NCBI GenBank assembly: GCA_043228905.1
Contig: JBHGNT010000003.1
Span: 19,778,001-19,842,000, forward strand
Direction: 5' to 3'
DNA length: 64,000 bases
DNA from: Azolla caroliniana
Lineage: Eukaryota; Plantae; Polypodiophyta
The number at the start of each line of letters is the position of its first letter. The first letter of the stretch is position 1. The notes beneath the pieces were generated by a model, which made no database searches, was not told where the DNA came from, and saw nothing but the letters and a program-made list of their open reading frames with translations. A program made the translations under genes and the position numbers. Shown here piece by piece: positions 23,501-35,500 of this stretch.

Positions 23501-24650
23501 AAATGAAACATTTGCCCCTTATGCACAAGTTTTGTCTTAACAATATTTTCTCTTATTTTATTTTGTTCAGATGTCAATGCCACGACGTCGACTTGGTGCT
23601 CTTCTTCTTCCTCCACGAAATCTAAAACCTCTTCATCATCTTCGTCAGGTCGTGGTCGTTTGTTGTATTTCTTATGAACCGGATTTGTCTTTCTAGACTT
23701 TTTTAGTGGAGTTTGTGCTTCACTGCCCATCATTTCTCGTGTCACATACGACCACAGTGCAACTAATAAGTTGTTCATCATTTGAATGTCTTTACATAAT
23801 GACTTGGGGTTGCAACATTCTGCTACTAGGTTTCCCTCGTCAAGACGCAATCATCTAGAGCCAACAGAGCTCGAGACATCGATTATAATACTTGAAGAAT
23901 CACTATCTTCATATTCTAGCTTGGTTACATCTCCATAGTTAAATGTTTTTCCAAGCTCCAATTTTCCTTTACCGTCTGACTTAACTGTTATTAAGAGCAG
24001 CACCCCATCTTCCTCGACATAAGAGAGACACCATTCTAACTCTGGGTAATTCTTATATTTAAGTTCAAATGTTTTCTCTTCATGGGCCCCACCCTTGCTA
24101 TTTTTGGTTGTTGCAACAGAAGACTTAGATGCTCCATCCCCCGTTGAGTCAAATAGAGTTCTTGTAGAGAAATCTTTGACAAAAGAGTCAGAATCTCGCT
24201 TTGTTGGAGTTTGAATCTTTAGTTTAAATGAATGAACTTTTTGACGAGAGTCACTGAAATTAAGACAACATCCTATTTAGGTTGATTACGAACAAGACCA
24301 TACTATTTGAACAAAAACGATGGAGAAAGCAGTAAAATAAAGAACAATTAAACGCAAAACACTAAAAATAGTATCAAAATGATGAGAAAACTATGATGAG
24401 GGACATAAATTTTCTATCTGCAAAACCCTATTTTTTCAACGAAAATCTGATGCATTGCTAAGGATTGTGACATGACTTCTCCTTAACCATCTAATAAAGT
24501 TTAAGTGCATTTTAATTCAATGGTGTGTTTCCTTAACAAAATATTTGGGGATTATTGCTTATTGTGAAAAGGTATCTTTAAGGCATCTTTTAGAATCTTA
24601 AAAAATGTAAAGAATATTGCTAACCTGGCGATCTTCTTTCCCTTGTTCAT
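20510..24650 (-). pseudogene. Spliced gene encoding a ParB/Srx-like domain fused to a beta-class N6-adenine/N4-cytosine DNA methyltransferase (disabled copy; 3' end approximate)
   Basis: ATG at 24650. GT-AG introns at 24624-24254, 21366-21279 and 20988-20899 keep the frame. Motif IV-like LLIADIPYG, then HW|IKTN, NPYQK, motif I WVLDLFSGI|GTTT and RNCVALEKD. The ParB-like block HVQNLKSKM...YYVIRGSHSAEARRQL...VYVGLTHEEAKLLA*DHN is at 23123-23520. Stops, frameshifts and one insertion are present. Confidence 0.82.
22186..23122. other. ~940-bp non-coding insertion in the methyltransferase gene
   Basis: Splits ...NDND|YRQKM..., with TAA on both sides (22183-85 and 23123-25). It has no GT-AG ends or TIRs and contains a ~110-bp internal imperfect direct repeat. 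Confidence 0.55.
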
Positions 24651-24958
24651 GATGCTTGGCGAAGGTAGTGCTTCGGAGTGCTTGAAATTAGTCTGTGGTT
24701 TGAGCTCGATGGATTCTTTGTCACGATAATGAAAATGAAATTTGAAACTTCATTATATATAAATGTTTTTTTTAAATAAAAATTAAATTTTTTTGAAATT
24801 TCTCTTCCTAAAAAGTGTTATACTGTAACCAATAACTAATGTCTAGTTCTAATAGTTATATAGTAAAGATTCAACGTTCCTTAATCTTTTCTATAGAGGA
24901 GTTCAGTATATAGCCCTTTGATGGTAGTGCCACAGGGTTTGTCTTGATAGTTTTGAGA

Positions 24959-27403
24959 ATGTCTTCTTCTACAAGTAGAACGTCTTTTTTTTCTATTGCC
25001 CCCTTTTCTTTGTCCAACAACTCATATTTCTCAATAGAAGAGTACAATTACAAGAGACATTCGAAAGGCTCGCGTCAAAAACAGAAAAGTGAGGCTCCTA
25101 GTAGCTCGAATTCTCTTTTTTCAATTGATCCTATTGATGGCCCTCTTCATGTAAGCTTAGAAGCGGAGTCCGATACTTCTATAGATAACAGTAGTATTAG
25201 TAAACCACTTGTATTTAAAAGAATCCCTCGACAAGTTAGTGAAAAGACATTTAATTTTTTATGTTCTGATTATCAACTTCTTTGCGACTTGAACAAAACA
25301 TGTTGTGCGAATCTCTGCCTTTCAACTTATGGAAAGTCGAGGTTACGTGAAACATGACAAAAATATTTGTTGCTTAATGGGGAAGAGCAGGACACATTTC
25401 TTCTTTCGCATATGCAGCTTAAAATGGATCACAACGCAGGGTCTAATTCTACGCAGGTTGAATATTTCCTTGGACTATATACTAAGTGTTGTCGAGTTGC
25501 TTTTAAAATCGCTCATAACATTGGAAATATGCGGCTACAACGAGTTCAAGAGCGTCTTCTGAAGGGATCGTGGATACCGTTCGATCGAAATGGTTCTGGA
25601 TGTAAGGGTCAAATTGGGCAACACGCAATTAGGTGGATGGAAGTATATTTTTCAAAATAGTGTGACATTATGCCTACGACAGGAAAATTACATTTGTCAG
25701 ATAACTTTACTCGAAGGGAAGTTTACCAATCATACAAGGACGACATGTCAGTAGATGATGCAACTTACATAAAGTATAGACATTTTAATCGATTGTGGAG
25801 GTTACAATTTAACAATGTGGTTATCCCACGAAAGGTACGAATGGGAGTCTACTCAATATGTGCAAGTTTAAAAAGTATGGCCAAGGGTGGAAAATAAGAT
25901 GTAGAGATAAGGAATTACAAGAACCTATTAAAAGAACATCGTGAAAGTCAAACATTCGAACGTTCTAAGGCTATGCATCACCGACAAAAAGCGCTTCAAT
26001 CTCCCGAAAAGTATATGTGCATGATTATTGATGGCATGGATCAAAAGAAGACTTGTTTGCCGCATTTCCAACGACTCCCAAAAGATATTGCAGATGAGTG
26101 CCTCGTGCAAATGTATCTAGTAATGTGTTTGACATATGGTCAAACAATAAGGCCACAAGTATTCTTAACTTATCCTAATATCAAAATTGATAAGGCCACA
26201 AGTAATGCTTTCACGCTTACCACGCTATCAAAATTGATAAGTGAAACATATACACCAAAGCCTGAAGTTCATCACTTGAATGAAGTGTACGACTTTAAAC
26301 ATTTCTGCATGGATGGTGATGGGACTAAATGTAGGGTACTTGCACCTCTTAATAATATAAGTTTCTACCATGTCTTCCTCATAAAACAAACCTCGGACCA
26401 CCTCAAGCTAACGGTGTTGTTTGCAAAACAATACTCATCTAGTACACAATGGGAGCCCCAAGAAGGTTGTAGGCTCCTACTTCATATCCCAGATGCACCA
26501 CTGCATGGTGCACAACAAATGCCATATGATGATCATAAAAATGTGCCACCCAATAGTTCTATTGATGAACAAAGGGCATATTGGTTGCGATGTCTTGAAG
26601 AGAAACAAAAGAATATTGATCGCACCAAGAAGTACGCCGGTGATGAGGATGTTGAATGGTGGGAGATCTTCTTCACCCATCAACGCACCATTTTAGATAA
26701 TTACATCTCCGGATTTTGGCCAATCCATAACCCATTCACATGGAATATTTGGGTGTCATCAATGATATCGCCGACTCATCATCAACCATCAAATAATATA
26801 GAGCTTCATAATTTAGTTCGACCACTGCAAAGGGATATTTACGTGGAACCAAGAAAGTCACGTATTGTTGAGGCAAGATGGCAAGGTAATTTGCAAGAAC
26901 TACAAGTTGGAATATTGGTCGCAACATTAGCTGGGGATGATAACTTGGGCCATCCATTTTGGATTGCAAAAATTATTGAATTAGTGAAGGATGAAGAAGG
27001 CAATCAGACAAAGTCAATTGTGGTCCACTAGTATCAGACATCTTCACTTGATGCATTTATGGGAAAGTATTCTTTAGAGATGGTTAAGGATGTTAAATGT
27101 TCAAGCAGAAAGAGAAGAAGAAAGAATATACCGAGCACAACTACTCTCGCACTAGACCGTGTTGACATACTAGTATATGACTTCTCATTGACAAAATCAG
27201 GCCATCTAAGACAAGCCACCATCAAGATAATAAAGGAGAAAATCCCAAATATGGTATCAAACAATATACAGAGACTAACCAGAAGCAATTCTCATAACCA
27301 CAAAGATGTTGGCTTGGAATTGGACGAAGATAATGCATTGATTGCCACTGATGATGAGGATGAGACGTCAGAATGCTCTTCCAGTTCATCAGACATGTCT
27401 TAA
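24959..27403 (+). pseudogene. Sola-like DDE transposase, disabled
   Basis: Five ORF pieces lie in one frame, separated by 4 stop codons. Features are Cys clusters (CC..LC, C..AF...H), the catalytic-D motif MIIDGMDQKKTCLPH and a C-terminal PFWIAKI...VH(W)Y barrel. The later catalytic motifs appear to be deleted after TYPNI. Confidence 0.75.
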
Positions 27404-28558
27404 AATGTTGACTTGGTTCAAGCTCGGGATCGTTTTACTACATGATCTGAAACTTTGTAAATTACTTTTAGATGTTAAATCACGAATATGTATAATTATA
27501 GCTGGTAGTCATGTTGTACATTCTTTTGTAATTTTGGCAATTTATATTGTTAGGCATTTTACTTATGTCTCAAAGTGGTAGTCATGTTGAAATTGAATAT
27601 ATTTTGCCACATTTTTTGAAAAGCTTTACGCATGCGTCACGTCTTTTTGTAAACTTCGTGATTTTGTGCCCTTTTTCGACGTAGTGTTCTTAAAATGCGA
27701 CATATTACATGTTTCAAATGACCCGGTGTTCATAGTTTGCAAAGAAGGGGGAAACCTTAGTCGAAGCATGGATACTATTATTGTAGGCAAATTCCGCCAT
27801 TCCAAGGAAGTCCACCAAATCCTCCTATTGGTAGCTCATAGTACACCGAAGATAATGTTCGAGGATTTGGTTGACTCGCTCCGTTTGTCCATCAGTTTGA
27901 GGATGGTATGCGGAGGACAAGTTGACAAAAGTCCTGAATGTCTGTAGAAGTCATCGCCAAAAGTGGGAAATGAACTGAGAACCTCGATAGAGGTGATATC
28001 CTCGGGTAAGCCGTGTAATCGAACAACATTTTTAAGAAAAAGATCAGTTGTCTCTTCCCCGGAAATGGTTTTGGAGCATGGGACAAAGTGATCCATCTTT
28101 GAAAAACGATCGACAATGACTAGCACTGTGTCATGGCCACCAACCAGAGGGAGGTCAGTGATAAAGTCCATGGATAGAGAGACCCATGGTCGACTTGGAA
28201 TGGGGAGCGGCTGGAGAAGACCGTATGGCCAATGGTGAGGCGTTTTGGACCGAGCACATACATCACATGTCTTGATAAATTCCTTGACAAATTTCCAAGG
28301 TTGGGGCCACCAAAACCCTCGAGATAGCAATTCCATGGTTTTCATGACCCCAAAGTGGCCGGCAAGAGGATCATCATGACAATTTTGTAGTACCCGTGTC
28401 CGACATGATCCTTTGGGAACGTACAAAAGATGATTACGATACAGTAACCCATCCCGGTTTGTAAATTGGTTGAGATATCATCTTTTCATACCCGGAGATG
28501 GGTCATTGATGCGGGCCATGATTTCTTTGGCGAATGGGTCTGACGTGGTTGCCGTGGC

Positions 28559-28800
28559 GATCTCGTTGAGCAAAGAATCATCATGCAACATGCAGGTGGT
28601 GAACATCTGAACTTGATTAGGCCGCAAAAAACAATGGGATTGTTGTGAATATGCATCATCTCCTGGGCGCAATGCAAAACGATCTCGTTGAGCAAAGAAT
28701 CATCATGCAACATGCAGGTGGTGAACATCTGAACTTGATAAGGCCGCAAAAAACAATGGGATTGTTGTGAATATGCATCATCTCCAGGGCACAATGCAAA
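28559..28800. repeat. ~120-bp tandem duplication in pol of element C
   Basis: gatctcgttgagcaaagaatcatcatgcaacatgcagg... occurs at 28559 and 28681. Confidence 0.9.
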
Positions 28801-29549
28801 ATCAGGACGCCGAGAGAGGGCATCAGCTTTCACATAGCCTAGGAATTCGACAGAGGTTCGATCGAATTCATATTTCTCACTTTTGGCGTAAAGTCCATGT
28901 TCCTAAAGTTTGGATAGAACCAGTTTTCCACTCGTCTCCTGGCTTGACACACACCAGATTGTAGGCTCCCCGAAGGTCGGTTTTGGAGAAGATACGCCCA
29001 GTTCAAAGTCGGTCAAGGAGTGTTAGAATTAAAGGCAAGGGATAACGATTACGTATCGTAATTTTGTTGAGACCTTGATAAACCACACATAGGCGTAATG
29101 AGCCGTCCTTCTTCTTGAAAAATAAGATTGGAGCCCCTGCTGGTGATTTGGAGGGGTGAATGAAGCCCTTGGCAATGTTTTCATCCAGATATGTGCGAAG
29201 AGCCTCAAGTTTGGGTTCAGATAGCCCATAGATGGGCCCAAATGGTGGATGTGCGCCATCTTGGAGTTCGATTGGGCAATCATAGGGGCGATGTGCCGGT
29301 AACTGATTTGCATTTCGCTTTTCGAACACATCCAAAAAATTGCTATATCTTGTGGGCAAATTGGTGACAGGAACAGAGACATCCTGTGCCACAACGGGCA
29401 CGGGAGTGACCACGCTAGAATCGGCAACGTTGGAGATTGAGTTGAAATCTGAAGAATGTGCTCCCAAGCTCAAAGTAGCCCCCACACAAGTAACAATGTT
29501 TGTGGAAGAGACCCGCGTTGGTGTTTGTGGAAAGTTGATAGAGCGGCTG

Positions 29550-32500
29550 TATTAGAGATCTAGGTACTAAAGTAAGCTTAAGATAAGGATAAAGTAATGA
29601 TAGATAGAAAGGAGAAAGAGAAAGAAGGGTGCCGATCCACCCGACCACCCCCGAGCGAAGGGATCGAGACGGACTCGAGCCTCGATCGGCGTCCCATACC
29701 ACCGTCATGGCATCGAGTCGTACCTGGTGCTGGCGCGCTCGCTACAAGAGTTGACCCACCACAAGAGCAGAGTCTCGATGTAGTCAAAAGATGATGAAAT
29801 GAGGGTAGCTAGGCCTCTTATTTATAGCGATACCCAAGGCCCCCAGGCAAGTTCACACTTGACCTAATGGGTTGTCTCAATCCCAAGGATTAAAAGTAAT
29901 CCTCCCCTTCTTTACACTCTCGTTTAACCCTCACACTTATCCACGTGTATAGAATACTACGGTAAATTCTCACCACGGGATATTAAATGGTCATGCCCGT
30001 AACATACTCCCCCTCTTTAAAACATTGCACTCCGCAATGGAAAGTTAGGGAAATTAGTTCTGAGAGTATTTTCGCGTTCCCATGTGGCATCTTTTATTGA
30101 TTTATCCATCCATTTTATTTTAAATTCTCGGATTTCTTTAGTACGTAATTTTTTTGTTTTAACATCGAGAATTCTTTCTGGTACATGTGGTTTAGAAGAT
30201 AATTCTTCAGAAGTAACCAGAGTTTCAGTTGTAACTGTATTGTCACCAGAACCTAGAAGTTCTTTTAGACGACTCACATGAAAAACTAGATGAATTCCAA
30301 CACCATTGGGAAGAGCGAGACGATAGGCTGATGACCCAATGCGTTTGAGGACTGTAAAAGGTCCACAAAACCGTGGCGCTAACTTAGCACACTTACCCGT
30401 AGACAATGTCTTAGAATTGTGAGGTACACGTAAAAATACCTTCTGTCCAGGGTTGATTACACGAGGTTGCCTATGATGGTCGGCATAAAAACGCGCTCTA
30501 TCTTGAGCTGTTTTTATATTATCTCGTGCAATATGCAACATATCTTGCATATCCCGAAGAAAGTTTTGCGTGCTTCGCAACTCATCATGATGTATATTAA
30601 CATCAATCGGGGCTCGTGGCTGAAAACCATACATCAACATAAAAGGACTATATCCCGTCGATGTATGCTTGGAGCTGTTATAAGCAAACTCCAAAATTGG
30701 GAGATAACGTTCCCATTTTGTTGGTTTTGCACCAACATATGCTCGAAGCATGTCCGCAATAATTTGATTTACTCGTTATGTCTGTCCATCAGATTGAGGA
30801 TGATCCGTGGAGCTCATGCTCAACGTAGTTTCTAACTTCTTAAAGACTTGCGTCCAGAAGTCACCAGTAAACTTTGGATCTCAATCCCTCACGATATCCA
30901 TCGGTAACCCATAAAAATGAAATAATTTGTCAACGAATTGGTAAGCCAATTCAGGAGTTGTTACCGTGGTTTTAGTAGCAATAAATCTGGCCATTTTAGT
31001 TAGTCGATCAACGACAACCCAGATGGCATCATGACCTTTTTGGGTGCGAGGAAGGCTAACAATAAAATCCATGGATATACTTTCCCACTTATTATTGGGA
31101 ATGTCCAAGGGATGTAAAAGTCCTGCGGCTTTAAGTCGCTCGACTTTGTTAACCTGACACTGGTGACATTTAGTCACATAGCTATGTATGTCAGGACGCA
31201 TCTTAGGCCAATAAAAGTGAGTGGAGATTAGAACGAGTGTACGATGTATTCCAGGGTGCCCTGTTGAGGGTGCATCATGGCATTAAAAAAGAATCCTCTT
31301 TTTGACCTTGGGTAAATCTGGAACACAAACCTTCCCATTACGGTAGAGCTAACTGTTAGCAATGTGGAAGTATTCCTTCGAGGATGTGGTGGTGTCTATT
31401 CTAGACTCAACTCTTGCCCAGTATTTTGCAAAATAACTGTCATCAGGATACTTTCCTCGAAGGTGATCATAAAGATCTAATGTTATTTCAGTGAAGCTAA
31501 GCATGTTAACTTCACGGATGCAACTTAGTGCATCAACGACAATGTTCATGGAACCTTTACCATATCGTATGGAAAAATCAAAGTCCTAGATGAGATCAGC
31601 CCATTGTGCCTTACGACCTTTCAGGTCTTGTTGGTTACAAAAATATTTCAAGGACTCGTGGTCCGTAGTTACCACAAAGCGATTTCCATAAAGATAATGG
31701 CGCCATGTTTTGAGCGCATGTATAACTGCAAATAATTCCTTTTCTTGAACGTATACCGACATTGAGCAGAATCAAGTTTCTTACTCTCGAATGCTATTGG
31801 TTTACCATCTTGATATAAGAGAACACCTATAGCATAATCGCTTGCATCGGTTTCAACCTCAAAAGGTTTTGAAGGATCGGGTAAAAGAAGTGAAGGAGCC
31901 TTGCAAACCAGGTCCTTGAGTTCCTTAAAGGCGAGGTCTAGTGTAGCATTCCACACAATAGGTTTTGTAGACTTACGCGTTTGACCTTTTGCAAACGGCG
32001 TCGTCAATTGGGAGTAATTACGAAGAGACTTTCGCAAAAACCCGACAAAACCAAGGAATGATCGAACTTCTCGAATATTCCGAAGAGTGGGCCAAAGCTT
32101 GATTTTCTTGATGCGAGAAGGATCAATTTCAACTCCTCGTTCGGTTATGAGATGTCCTAGATAAGTAATTGATTTCTTGAAGAACTCACATTTTGAGATC
32201 TTCGCATAAAACTGTTTGTCACGCAATGTTTGTAAAACAAAGCGGACATGTCTAGCATGTTCTTGTAATGTACGACTATAAACTAAAATATCATCCAAGA
32301 AAATAACGACAAATTTTCCAAGTTGTTCACGGAAAATGTCATTCATTTCTTGTTGAAAAGTAGCCGGAGCATTGGTCAAACCAAAAGGCATAACCAAAAA
32401 CTCGTAATGGCCATAGCGCGTACGAAATGTCGTTTTAGGAACATCGTCCTCACTTATTCATATTTGATGGTAGCCAGTACGGAGATCAAGTTTCGTAAAA

Positions 32501-35500
32501 TACCGAGCTCCCTGGATACGGTCAATTAGATCGTCAACCTGGGGCAATGGGTATGAATTCTTGATCGTCACTTTATTCAAGCGTCGGTAATTAATACACA
32601 TACGCCATGTGCCCTCTTTCTTTTTAACCAAGAGAACTGGTGCACCCCATGGAGATTTACTATAACGTATATAACCCATTCGTAAATAGTCCTTGAGTTG
32701 CTTAGATACCTCATCTTCTTCGGATCGACTTAAGCGATACGGAGGTATACTTATTGGTGCAACACCAGGTACAATATCTATACGATGGTCTATATTACGT
32801 TTAGGAGGTAACCCATCAGGTAGTTCACTTGGGAAAACATCATGAAAATCATTTAAGATTTCATCAAGTTGTTGTTGTTGTTCAAAATATGTTAATGGAA
32901 CCAGGACATTATCGATATTGTAAACGTGAATGTCCGGATCAAGTACACAATAAAATAGAGTAGAATAAGACAACTCGGATATTGATGGACACGAGGAAAC
33001 AATCGAGAGGGATTGTTTTTTTACACATTGAATAAAATGAGTACAATTGTTCAGTACAAATGTAATTGAATGATGAACCCAATCAATAGATAAAGAAGAG
33101 CTTTTATTATAAAACCAGGGATAACCCAGTATTACATCGGTGGTACAAAGATTCATTACATGGAAGTCTACTTCCTCTATATAAGTATCAATAGAAATTC
33201 CTAATGAATGAATCGCCCCATTGATGTATTGTACTCTTCCATCAGCCAAGTGCACCGTGTAGGTGTGATCACTTACGGTGGGTTGGATTCCCCATATCTG
33301 AACCAAACGATCATTCACAAAATTGTGTGAGTTTCCCGAATCAAATAAAAATTGTACAGGAGATCCATTGATATACCCGTTTGCACGTAGTACATCATTG
33401 GGACCCAATACATAATGAGGGAAAGAACATTGACAATTACTTAAATGATGTGTATAGACCTGAAGGACATTAGGAATCTGACCTTTATGGTCTGCAACTT
33501 TAGCTTTGTTGTCGTGCTCTTTCCGTTGGAGCTTTCGACATTGATCTTTTGTATGACCCTTCTTTTTGCAAAATACGCAAAAAGGATGTTGTCGCTTACA
33601 ATCGCGATCCATGAATTCGTTGGGTGTCTTGCGTTTCCCAACGAATTGTGACTGCTTAGTCCCGGGCGTTTCGTTGGGTTTGTTGTGGTCCTTCTTCGAA
33701 GTGCGTTGATAGCGAAGAACTATTTCAACAGCCTCTTCGAAGGATTTTGGATCCTTATCGTGCACTATCCAGTGATAGTCCGAATTGGGGATGCCATTGA
33801 CAAAACAAGCTATCAACCAATTGTCCCCTTCTAGACCCAATTTTTGGATTTGGGTTCTAGCATGGTGAACATAGTCTTCTAGTGAGGAAAATTTCCTGCT
33901 AGAGAGGTTCATTAAAGCTTGTGTTGCCTCGGTTCGAGAGGGAGGTTGCAAAAATTGGCCCTTAAAAACCGTGACAAAATCTGTCCAGGTATCGGGCAAT
34001 TTCCCCATAGTACGGAGCCCACGCCACCAGGCGGCAGCCTTACCCCCGAGTTCTCGGCCGACATATGCAATCTTCGTACTATCTGGCGTGGGATAGAGCT
34101 CAAAATGAGACTCCCATCGTCCCAGCCATGTGTAGATTGCTTCTTCGGTTCTTTCCTTTTTTTCTCCCGTAAATGGTTTAACGACAAATGATGGTTCACC
34201 TTGTCGCTCATCAGGTCTATTAGTCTCACGTCGTAGACTAATGACACGTGCCTCAAGAGCACTCTAAGATTGCCGAAGTTCGGTCATCTGTTGAGCGGTG
34301 AAACTAAGGTATTGGGTTATTTGTGCCAAATACATCTCAGTGGACATTTGTCCAGGAGGATTCCCTTGAGTTCCTTCCACTTGAGCGGATGACATCGGGT
34401 CGTTAATTTGAGCCATTAAAGATTATTTCTGGAAAAGAAATAGGATAAGGTCAGAGAGATAGTCATAACATCATGTCGTGATGTAAACCTATCATGGGCG
34501 AGCATTAATCGATATCATTATCTCACGTCAATACCCCTCTAGACGTATGAGATGAGGTTCAAGATCAGGTTACTATGCTAACACAAAGGTGTTTTAAAAA
34601 CCATGGGGGTGACAAATAAATATATATATTGATTTTTTCATGGTGGCTCCCCGAGGCTCAACCATGTACGTTTGCGTCATGAATAGTTTATACACGAAAA
34701 AAATGTTAACAATAAACTATGTTTCGGTGCCCACATATGTGGTTTCGACTCTTTAAGTCCTATTACGAGGACCCCGAGGTGCACTTAGACCTTAAGTCTA
34801 AACATGTGTTATAGTCATATGTATCAAGGATGTTGTATGGTCTTGGTCATATTTGAACTCGAGACCTCGAGAACAAATACATTAAACACTTGAGCCAACC
34901 AAGTAAGTTGCTCTTCTCGAATGCTTAATGTTTGATGCGTATAAGAGATATGTGAGGCATTTGATCATATATGTTTTTTTAAAAGAACATATATGTCAAT
35001 GGTCCTTATTTCGCCCTCATTTACCAAAACTATGTTGGTACGTTACCTAACCTCAAGTCTCGTAATTACGATGGCATACGCCAAAGTGCAACCTATTGGT
35101 CAAGCCAAATGAGCCCTCGTTTCGTAGTAGGCCCACGTGGCCCATCACATGGTCACGTCATTACGAATGCCTCTCGTAAGAACGAGCTCATGGTGGCATC
35201 GTATCTATGTAACGAGGGAGGGATGTTGGATACGTGTGTCATTGGAGCGACCTCACTTGAAGTGGGTCAAGCCCTACGTACTCAACATCATTATGGCTAT
35301 AGGCGTTTCTTTACGTAACGAAATCGAGGTCATCAACGGGGTTGTCAACAATAAAAAATTGTTGAAAAAGGGATGGTGACAACGCCATTCTCACAAAAAT
35401 GTGAGGACGGCCACCAACATCCTTTTCCTGACAAGGACAACTTTCGATATAATCACGTAATAACGAATATACACATATGTTTACTTATCACACATATACG

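Larger units (their letters stand above)
19781..27730. mobile_element. Sola-like TIR DNA transposon (7950 bp) carrying a transposase and a ParB-like/DNA methyltransferase gene
   Basis: TIRs at 19781-19817 and 27694-27730 (AACACCGGGTCATTTGAAA..., 34/37 identical). CATA TSD at 19777-19780 and 27731-27734. Removing the element restores the host integrase reading PFFANYGFHPRF. Confidence 0.92.

Noticed and set aside
20510-24650. Bacterial contamination as the source of the methyltransferase
   Set aside because: The gene has spliceosomal introns, sits inside TIRs with a TSD, and is nested within a plant retrotransposon.
19783-27728. CACTA/EnSpm assignment from the internal CAC start
   Set aside because: Reconstructing the host reading frame requires AACACC termini with a 4-bp TSD, and the transposase motifs are not TnpD-like.
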